Source of the DNA: Candidatus Latescibacterota bacterium
GTDB taxonomy: Bacteria; Latescibacterota; UBA2968; UBA8231
Reading direction: 5' to 3'
Assembly (NCBI GenBank): GCA_965204725.1
Contig: OZ242005.1
Span: forward strand, 3,008,001 to 3,072,000
Length of the DNA: 64,000 nt
The translations under genes were made by a program, and so were the position numbers. The first letter of the stretch is position 1. Every line of letters begins with the position of its first letter. A model generated the notes under the pieces. That model searched no databases and was not told the DNA's origin. It saw only the letters and a program-made list of their open reading frames with translations. This document shows positions 1 to 7,350 of this stretch, in pieces.

Positions 1-247
1 GACCAAACAGTTCTCGGTGGATTTCAGCGCGTGTACGTCCAAGATATTCGGCAACATCGGATATAATCGCGCTCAAGGTGCCGACATGTACGTTTCGATG
101 ACGCGGGATCGTCACCCTATGTTCGGTGCCTTGATCGGCAGTAGTCAGCATCATGTGACTGCCTTTCTGTCGGATGAGCCGGTAGCCGTAGTGACGGCGT
201 AGTAACTTCGCCAAGTCATCGCCGGATAAATCGCGGGGCAATTTCAC
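1..247 (-). CDS. hicA: HicA-family mRNA interferase toxin (3' end runs off the window)
   Basis: Not in the ORF track. Manual translation from GTG at 247 gives MKLPRDLSGDDLAKLLRRHYGYRLIRQKGSHMMLTT...VTIPRH...VGTLSAII. It has the HicA GSH motif, and its GTG overlaps the TGA of the upstream gene (GTGA). Confidence 0.85.
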   Translation of the reverse strand, partial: MKLPRDLSGDDLAKLLRRHYGYRLIRQKGSHMMLTTADQGTEHRVTIPRHRNVHVGTLSAIISDVAEYLGRTRAEIHRELFG

Positions 248-456
248 AGGACCACAGCTTCTTCCTTGACGAGATGCAGCCGGATGACTTGGGGCGCACA
301 GCCCTCGTCGAAATGGCAGAGTACGGCGTCTTTCGCCATGGCCTTCAGATCGGCCCAATCCTGTCCTTGCGTAAAGATGCTATGGCCCAACGCCTTGGCG
401 TCATAGCCGCCTTCGGTCGCCTCGGTCACTTCAAAAATAATTTCGCTTGGTCTCAT
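244..456 (-). CDS. hicB: HicB-like antitoxin (short form)
   Basis: EIIFEVTEATEGGYDAKALGHSIFTQG...AKDAVLCHF matches the HicB N-terminal pattern; translationally coupled to hicA. Confidence 0.75.
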   Translation of the reverse strand: MRPSEIIFEVTEATEGGYDAKALGHSIFTQGQDWADLKAMAKDAVLCHFDEGCAPQVIRLHLVKEEAVVL

Positions 457-551
457 TATGGGACCTCCAGTTAGTGAGCCTAGATCAAGCCTGAACTCGA
501 TTTAGGGTTTAGCACGGGCGTTGTGACGCTCGGCGTAGTCGTCAAACTTGA

Positions 552-1916
552 TCACTTTGCCAAAAGCTCCCCTGCATCGCCGTCGTCGGGCAGGCGGGCC
601 GCCTCGCGCACATCCACTTGGCCGGTGACTACATCGGCGATCAGGCGTGTGCGGTATTCGCTCAACAATTCGATTTCCCGCCGGGCGCGGGCCGTAGCGG
701 CGTCGATGGCGGCGGTCTGTTTGTCCAAATACGCGGCGATGGCGGCTTGCTCGGCGAGAGGTGGGATGGGCAAAAGTGCGGATTTGATGGCATGATGAGA
801 CAAGCCATAGCGAGTTACCCCGTTGGCCGCTAGGTGAAACTGAGAAGCAATCGCCGAACTCTGTAAAGAATGAAAAAGATACGCACCGTTGAGCACTGCT
901 TTCAAAGGACGAAGCAAGGCTAAATGGTATCCGCAAACCAAATCTTTGGCCGAATACTCAACAAACGCTGGCACCCCAATGTCGTTCCATACTTCCGAAT
1001 CTTTGGTAATCAGAACATCGCCTAGTTCTAACCGAAAGCGATCCATTTCGTCCGCCTTAGCCGTGGCTCGCATAAACGGCACACTCTCGGTAATGCGGTC
1101 GTTTTTGTACACGTCAACATAATTGCAAAGTCGGACGGGAAGTTCATCGTCTTTGCTATGTTTATCAACGTTACTCACTCGCATATTGACCGTGTGTCGC
1201 AGCCGCCGGACTTCCCAATGCGCCGGCACCTCGCCAAGCCACTCCACGCCAGAGGGCTTGAGGGGCACATCCGGGTCAAGTCCGCGTGTGACCGCCTCGT
1301 GGACGACAGCCTGCCGATACTCCTTGAGCAACTCGATGAGCCGTTCCCTGCTGCGGAGGTAGCGGGCGATGCGCCCGTCGGTGTGGTCGAGGTAGCGGAC
1401 GATGGCGGCTTGTTCGGCGAGGGGTGGGAGAGGGACTAATTGAGAACCAAATTCTGCATACCTAAAATCTGATGACCGTTCTCGGATGCCCTTTGCAAGT
1501 GCTTGTATCCATTGATTTCGTGCCATTTCTCTCAAGGTGTAAGCATAATAGTAAGCGTTAGCTCTCGGATTAGCTCGGCAGACGGAATAAACAGGCGTCC
1601 CCTTACCATCAGAGTCAGCAACCCCAATTGCCCCGGCAAAAGCATCCATAGCGTGGATTACCAAGTCTCCCCGGCGAATGCCTTGATAGCCAATCTCCTT
1701 TATGGATTCCGTAAATCCTAGCTCACGCCGATTCTTCCTAAGCGTTACGGTGCCATCGCGAAAGCATGTAACGGTTTCATCACCCTCTCGAACGGACCTC
1801 CCCATTTTCTGAAATAACCATTTTGCACGCTCAACATGCCAATGCGCCGGCACATCGCCGAGCCACTCGACGCCGGAGGGCTTGTAGGAGGGATAGGGTT
1901 TCAGGTCGGCGGTCAT
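552..1916 (-). CDS. hsdS: Type I RM specificity subunit, copy 1
   Basis: Repeated conserved blocks (PSGVEWLG.VPAHW twice, PPLAEQAAI twice, LIADVVTGQ) flank two TRDs. Confidence 0.95.
   Translation of the reverse strand: MTADLKPYPSYKPSGVEWLGDVPAHWHVERAKWLFQKMGRSVREGDETVTCFRDGTVTLRKNRRELGFTESIKEIGYQGIRRGDLVIHAMDAFAGAIGVADSDGKGTPVYSVCRANPRANAYYYAYTLREMARNQWIQALAKGIRERSSDFRYAEFGSQLVPLPPLAEQAAIVRYLDHTDGRIARYLRSRERLIELLKEYRQAVVHEAVTRGLDPDVPLKPSGVEWLGEVPAHWEVRRLRHTVNMRVSNVDKHSKDDELPVRLCNYVDVYKNDRITESVPFMRATAKADEMDRFRLELGDVLITKDSEVWNDIGVPAFVEYSAKDLVCGYHLALLRPLKAVLNGAYLFHSLQSSAIASQFHLAANGVTRYGLSHHAIKSALLPIPPLAEQAAIAAYLDKQTAAIDAATARARREIELLSEYRTRLIADVVTGQVDVREAARLPDDGDAGELLAK
598..1435. repeat. ~840-bp direct repeat of 16133-16970 (hsdS central region, TRD2 and C-terminus)
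   Basis: Near-identical sequence at a constant offset of 15,535 bp (601 with 16136, 1411 with 16946). Confidence 0.95.
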
Positions 1917-1971
1917 TCCACTATCCCAACGTCACAACGAATGATTTATTGCCCAACGCCCACACGCCGAT

Positions 1972-3378
1972 CTAGTCCACCCAGCCCGCCGAACAATCGC
2001 CACTCCTGTTTCTTCCAAACTGATCTCGACTGTTGTCGGGTGACGTTCCATCTCTTCTTTGGAATGCCTTGTGAATCCACCGGCGAATTTGCTCCGTCGC
2101 CTGCTGGCCGGGCCAATTGTAAATGCAGGCGTAGGGATCATCGTCTCCGCAGTTATCCGCCAGCCTCGGCGGTATCAGGTGAGGATGGTACTTTCCCGTC
2201 CCAAAATCCGGGTGATTGGGCAACAGAATCCCCAACAGACCACAGCGGGGGTTCTTATCCGTTTTCCTCAAGCTGGAACCGATCTCCCAATCCACATGCT
2301 TCCGTTGCCAAGTGCAAGGGCCGATCAAAACGATAGTAACGGTTGCGTCGGCAATGAAGTCGTCGCGGATTTTCTGGCGAATCGTTTCCGTTTTGATATT
2401 GAGGTCGTCAATGTCGCCATCCTCGACTGATTTATCTACCATATCCTCGCCCATCATGCGGACGAACAGGTCCTTGTAGTCTTGATCATCGTGATGGAAA
2501 CTGACGAATACTTTGTGCCTATTTGTTTGGCTCATATCTTTCTCCTTTTGGAGTCCAAGGCGGTGTAGCCCCCGCATGACCAGTATGGTTGCTTGATCTA
2601 TGTGCGGTGTGCGGGCGAGGGTGGCGTTTTCATCCTCCGAAAGCCCATTGCTCAAGTATGTGCTGGCATCCCTCAAGCCAGTATCGGACGAGAACGCCGC
2701 GAATTTCTGGCGGCCCGGCCAATCCGGGCGGGAGCCTGCCCAAGGCTCAACCAGCCCGAGGGTCTCGGCAACGTCCCGGGTACAGCCGCCGAAGCCGCCC
2801 AACAAAAATAGCGGTTGACGTTTCTGGAGCGACAGCAGGGCTTCCTCCGCGATGCCGGGCATAATGCCTTTGTAACCGGCGACTTTCCCACCTAATACGA
2901 CTCTCGCTTGGGTCGCCTCGCGCATGACGCGCCGCATAGCGGTCAATCCAGTGGCCCATTCCTCGTCGCTTGGCTGATGCAACGCACGTTTGTGCCATGT
3001 CGTCGGTTCCAAACGGCGACCTTTCTGCGTTAGGCAGACCAAATCGCCGGTGCCAATAAGGCTGTCGGAGATCGCCTTGAGTTCGTCTGTGGCCATACTT
3101 ATGTGGACCGGCCATGCGAGGTAATTGGTCACGCCAATCTGGGTTTCACTCGTCTCGCGCCGATAGCGACTCACCAGTTCAAACAACCATTCCGTAAACC
3201 CGTCCTTCCGCAGATCGCCACCGTATGCGAGGCGAGCACCGGACGAAAGTAGATGTAGTGGGAGTCTATCCATGGCGTCGCGCAGATGCACATCGCTTAG
3301 CCCAAATACCGACAGGTCTGGGCTTTCCGATATCGAGATTGCCACCGTATTGCCAGCAATCGTTGGCATATAGGCCAT
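1972..3378 (-). CDS. SLOG (cluster-2 type) domain fused to a ThsB-like TIR (MTH538/DUF1863) domain
   Basis: The N-part ISISESPD...GARLAYGGDLR...LGG...G.MPGIAEEA...LLGGFGG is SLOG-like. The C-part HKVFVSFHH...VTIVLIGPCT...VDWEI is a ThsB-type TIR with catalytic Glu. GGAGG precedes ATG 3378, and an internal AAGGAG-N6-ATG lies at 2535. Confidence 0.8.
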   Translation of the reverse strand: MAYMPTIAGNTVAISISESPDLSVFGLSDVHLRDAMDRLPLHLLSSGARLAYGGDLRKDGFTEWLFELVSRYRRETSETQIGVTNYLAWPVHISMATDELKAISDSLIGTGDLVCLTQKGRRLEPTTWHKRALHQPSDEEWATGLTAMRRVMREATQARVVLGGKVAGYKGIMPGIAEEALLSLQKRQPLFLLGGFGGCTRDVAETLGLVEPWAGSRPDWPGRQKFAAFSSDTGLRDASTYLSNGLSEDENATLARTPHIDQATILVMRGLHRLGLQKEKDMSQTNRHKVFVSFHHDDQDYKDLFVRMMGEDMVDKSVEDGDIDDLNIKTETIRQKIRDDFIADATVTIVLIGPCTWQRKHVDWEIGSSLRKTDKNPRCGLLGILLPNHPDFGTGKYHPHLIPPRLADNCGDDDPYACIYNWPGQQATEQIRRWIHKAFQRRDGTSPDNSRDQFGRNRSGDCSAGWVD

Positions 3379-3380
3379 CG

Positions 3381-4073
3381 CTACACCTCCGTGAGCCACT
3401 GGCTCAAGTTTAGCAACCGAACATGCGGCGCGATTTTCTCAAACAACTGTTCCTCCTCAGCCCCCAATGGCGGGTCGGGATATACAATCGTGGGATCCGC
3501 TACATCCGTGTCAGTCGGCAGGGCCGGAGCAGAAATCAACTCTGGGTTCGCAAAAGAGGTGAACGCCGGATTCGCAAGAGAGATTAACTCTGGAGGTCTT
3601 GGCATGAACAAGGCCCCCGAGTTGGATCGCCCTGCGAGCTCGACGCAGCATTGCCAGAGAAAGTCTTTGAACACTTCGTCGAGCAAACGACCAATGACCA
3701 CCTCGATGCGACCTGTCTTATCCGGGTCCATCCGCACGATGGGCACATTGCCCATGTATGGAAAGCCGCGCTCGTCAATATCTGTCATACAATTGATCAC
3801 AATCATCGGAACATTCTGGATTTTCGCTTCGATGATCTCGCGCCGACACCATTCGCGTGACGAGTAGGAATCAGTATGTACAGCCACGACCACGCTTCTC
3901 TTAACTTGGTGGTAAAGGACATCCTGAAAGCGTACACCCGCGGGAATATCTATCATGTCGAAAAAACTCGACAGCCCGCTGTTCTGGTGCAACCAATCTC
4001 GAATACTCTTGGCGATGAGTTCTCCATCGCTGTCGTGTTTTGAATGACTGAGAAAAATCTGCACTTTCTCCAT
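3381..4073 (-). CDS. TIR domain protein (TIR_2-like)
   Basis: IFLSHSKHD...FFD..DIPAG...YSSREWCRREI (TIR boxes, catalytic Glu) and a C-terminal YPDPPLG.EE; GAGGTG RBS. Confidence 0.85.
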   Translation of the reverse strand: MEKVQIFLSHSKHDSDGELIAKSIRDWLHQNSGLSSFFDMIDIPAGVRFQDVLYHQVKRSVVVAVHTDSYSSREWCRREIIEAKIQNVPMIVINCMTDIDERGFPYMGNVPIVRMDPDKTGRIEVVIGRLLDEVFKDFLWQCCVELAGRSNSGALFMPRPPELISLANPAFTSFANPELISAPALPTDTDVADPTIVYPDPPLGAEEEQLFEKIAPHVRLLNLSQWLTEV

Positions 4074-4127
4074 TCAGTTCACCTCGGTTCCTCCGCTGGG
4101 CATCCACCCGTCCGCCCGTGCCCTTCC

Positions 4128-5699
4128 TTACATGCCCCAGATGTCGATCTCCGTCCCACGGTCCGATACGCGGCGATCCCGAAACACCTTGTCGTCCCAA
4201 CGCCGACCTGCGCGCCGGTCGAAAACCACCAAATGACCCGCCTCTGCATCGCAACGATCCATATACTCGGCGGTCTGCTCCAACCCCTCGGCGATAGTTT
4301 GCTCCAAGCTCTTGTGGAGCACTTTGCACTCGATCACGAACTGGCGCGTGCGCTCGCCCTGCGGCCAGACGATGAGCAGATCGGTGCGTTTCCGACCCAA
4401 GCCATACTCGCGCTCAATCCGCCCGCCGCTGTTGACGAGCCGTTGCAAAAACGCCTGCAACAGCAACTGCGGACCGGCCTCTTGATACTGGAATCGCTTG
4501 ACCCAATGCTCGGAGTGTTCGCGGAAGAACGTCTGGAACGCGGTCAGCAACTTGACCACATCCAAGTTGCCGTCGGCATGGATGTACCAAGCCGTGTCCT
4601 GATCAAATTCCCCTTGAATGACCCATGTCAGTTCGCGGGGGATGACCTCGGCATAAATCGAATTGGCAATGCGATACGGCAGGTCCTGCGCCACGAGGCC
4701 GAGATCGCGCACGTATTCCAAATCGCGATCGGTGAAGTGGCGTTCCTCGGCCCCGCTCAACAGCGGCTCCACGATGCGCCGCACGCGCTCCTCTTGGAGC
4801 TTATCCGCCAATTGGTCGAGGTGCGTTTCGCGGCGGAGGATGAGCCGCTCTTTCGCCTCGACGATGGCCGCCGCCGTGATTGGATCGCGCCGGTCTGCGG
4901 CCCCATCGCGGAAGCAGGTTTGATCTGCCAAGGCGTTGACCAGCCACGGCTGCCCTTGGGTCTGCGTCCAGATCGTCGCCAGTGCGTCTGGCGTGAACAC
5001 CTGACCCGTTTCATCGGTGTGTTGTGCGAGCAGGGCCTGCACCTCGTCTTGCGAGAAGTCGCCCAAGCGCAACGATTGTGTCTTGATGTTGAACGCGCTC
5101 CCCCCGGCGATAGTCGCGTTGGCCGCAGTGGAATGGATACGGTAATCGCGCACATCGCGCACACCGCACAGCACCACGCTTTGCGGAAACCCCTCTGGGC
5201 GCAGATCGTAGCCCGCTCGTAACTGCCGCAACACGGACAGGAGTGCGTCGCCGATCAGCGCGTCGATCTCGTCGATGAGCAGCACCAGCGGTTTCGGGGA
5301 CGCCGCGGCCCAACGGGTCAACGCCTCGCGCAAAGCAACGTGCGGACCGTACTTGGTCAAGATGTCGAGCCAAATCTCGTCTAGAAATTCGTCGCCTATT
5401 AAACGCGCCCGAGATGCCAACTCGCCCAGAATGGTGCGCGTCACTTGTTCCACATCTTCGCGTGCGGCTTGCCCACCCTCGACATTGACGTACACGCAAC
5501 GATAGACGCCCTCGGCGTTGAGCAGGTCGCGCAGAGCCAGCAAGGCCGAAGTCTTGCCCGTCTGCCGAGGTGCGTGTAGGACGAAATACTTCTCGTCCCG
5601 AATGAGGGCGAGTACATCGTCGAGGTCTAAGCGTTCCAGCGGCGGGATGCAATAGTGCCTTGCCGGCTTGATGGGGCCGGCGGTGGTGAAAAAGCGCAT
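4128..5699 (-). CDS. AAA/STAND-like P-loop ATPase with C-terminal PD-(D/E)xK nuclease, copy 2
   Basis: Walker A APRQTGKT, Walker B LLIDEID, C-terminal REY..GR.RTDLLI...VIECK. Confidence 0.85.
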   Translation of the reverse strand: MRFFTTAGPIKPARHYCIPPLERLDLDDVLALIRDEKYFVLHAPRQTGKTSALLALRDLLNAEGVYRCVYVNVEGGQAAREDVEQVTRTILGELASRARLIGDEFLDEIWLDILTKYGPHVALREALTRWAAASPKPLVLLIDEIDALIGDALLSVLRQLRAGYDLRPEGFPQSVVLCGVRDVRDYRIHSTAANATIAGGSAFNIKTQSLRLGDFSQDEVQALLAQHTDETGQVFTPDALATIWTQTQGQPWLVNALADQTCFRDGAADRRDPITAAAIVEAKERLILRRETHLDQLADKLQEERVRRIVEPLLSGAEERHFTDRDLEYVRDLGLVAQDLPYRIANSIYAEVIPRELTWVIQGEFDQDTAWYIHADGNLDVVKLLTAFQTFFREHSEHWVKRFQYQEAGPQLLLQAFLQRLVNSGGRIEREYGLGRKRTDLLIVWPQGERTRQFVIECKVLHKSLEQTIAEGLEQTAEYMDRCDAEAGHLVVFDRRAGRRWDDKVFRDRRVSDRGTEIDIWGM

Positions 5700-5772
5700 G
5701 GTTTAAGTCTCCCGTTCAATGGTCTGTTCCGATCAGCCGCCCGTCTGCCCATACCCCCGTGCGTACCCTTCT

Positions 5773-7347
5773 TCACATCCCCCAGATGTCGATCTCTGTC
5801 CCACGGTCCGACACGCGGCGATCCCGAAACACCTTGTCGTCCCAACGCCGGCCTGCGCGCCGGTCGAAAATCACCAGATGACCCGCCTCTGCATCGCAAC
5901 GATCCATATACTCGGCGGTCTGTGCCAACCCCTCGGCGATGGTCTGCTCCAAGCTCTTGTGGAGCACTTTGCACTCGATCACGAACTGGCGCGTGCGCTC
6001 GCCCTGCGGCCAGACGATGAGCAGATCAGTTCGCATGCGACCCAAGCCATACTCGCGCTCAATCCGCCCGCCGCTGTTGACGATCCGTTGTAAAAACGCC
6101 TGCAATAGCAACTGCGGACCGGCCTCTTGATACTGGAATCGCTTGACCCAATGCTCGGAGTGTTCGCGGAAAAAGGTCTGGAACGCGGTCAGCAATTTGA
6201 CCACATCCAAGTTGCCGTCGGTATGGATGTACCAAGCCGTGTCCTGATCAAATTCCCCTTGAATGACCCATGTCAGTTCGCGGGGGATGACCTCGGCATA
6301 AATCGAATTGGCAATGCGATACGGCAGGTCCTGCGCCACGAGGCCGAGATCGCGCACGTATTCCAAATCGCGATCGGTGAAGTGGCGTTCCTCGGCCCCG
6401 CTCAACAGCGGTTCGACGATGCGCCGTACGCGCTCCTCTTGGAGCTTGTCCGCCAACTGGTCGAGGTGCGTTTCGCGGCGGAGGATGAGCTGCTCTTTCG
6501 CCTCGACGATGGCCGCCGCCGTGATTGGATCGCGCCGGTCTGCGGCCCCATCGCGGAAGCAGGTTTGGTCTGCCAAGGCATTGACCAGCCACGGCTGCCC
6601 TTGAGTCTGCGTCCAGATCGTCGCCAGTGCGTCTGGCGTGAACACCTGACCCGTTTCATCGGTGTGTTGGCCGAGCAGGGCCTGCACCTCGTCTTGCGAG
6701 AAGTCGCCCAAGCGCAACGACTGTGCCTTGATGTTGAACGCGCTCCCTCCGGCGATAGTCGCGTTGGCCGCAGTGGAATGGATGCGGTAATCGCGCACAT
6801 CGCGCACACCGCACAGCACCACGCTTTGCGGAAACCCCTCTGGGCGCAGATCGTAGCCCGCCCGCAACTGCCGCAACACGGACAGAAGCGAGTCGCCGAT
6901 CAGGGCATCGATCTCGTCGATGAGTAGCACCAGCGGTTTCGGGGACGCCGCGGCCCAGCGCGTCAATGCCGTATGCAGAGCAGCCCCAGGTCCGACCTCG
7001 GCGAGAACACCGGACCAGATCTGGTTCAAAAATTCGTCGTCCAGTGTCAAACTCGCTCGGAGTGCCAATGTCGCCAGAATAGTACGCATGACTTGCTCTA
7101 CATCTTCGCGCATAGCTTGCCCACCCTCGACATTGACGTACACGCAACGATAGACGCCCTCGGCGTTGAGCAAATCGCGCAAGGCCAGCAAGGCCGAAGT
7201 CTTGCCCGTCTGCCGGGGCGCGTGCAGGACGAAATACTTCTCGTCCCGAATGAGGGCGAGTACATCGTCGAGGTCTAAGCGTTCCAGCGGCGGGATGCAA
7301 TAGTGCCTTGCCGGCTTGATGGGGCCGGCGGTAGTGAAAAAGCGCAT
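5773..7347 (-). CDS. AAA/STAND-like P-loop ATPase with C-terminal PD-(D/E)xK nuclease, copy 1
   Basis: Same motifs as 4128-5699; near-identical except residues ~92-126. Confidence 0.85.
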   Translation of the reverse strand: MRFFTTAGPIKPARHYCIPPLERLDLDDVLALIRDEKYFVLHAPRQTGKTSALLALRDLLNAEGVYRCVYVNVEGGQAMREDVEQVMRTILATLALRASLTLDDEFLNQIWSGVLAEVGPGAALHTALTRWAAASPKPLVLLIDEIDALIGDSLLSVLRQLRAGYDLRPEGFPQSVVLCGVRDVRDYRIHSTAANATIAGGSAFNIKAQSLRLGDFSQDEVQALLGQHTDETGQVFTPDALATIWTQTQGQPWLVNALADQTCFRDGAADRRDPITAAAIVEAKEQLILRRETHLDQLADKLQEERVRRIVEPLLSGAEERHFTDRDLEYVRDLGLVAQDLPYRIANSIYAEVIPRELTWVIQGEFDQDTAWYIHTDGNLDVVKLLTAFQTFFREHSEHWVKRFQYQEAGPQLLLQAFLQRIVNSGGRIEREYGLGRMRTDLLIVWPQGERTRQFVIECKVLHKSLEQTIAEGLAQTAEYMDRCDAEAGHLVIFDRRAGRRWDDKVFRDRRVSDRGTEIDIWGM

Positions 7348-7350
7348 GGT

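Noticed and set aside
5325-7074. Diversity-generating retroelement explaining the variable patch
   Set aside because: No reverse transcriptase. Differences are not adenine-restricted and include an indel, and both copies are full genes.
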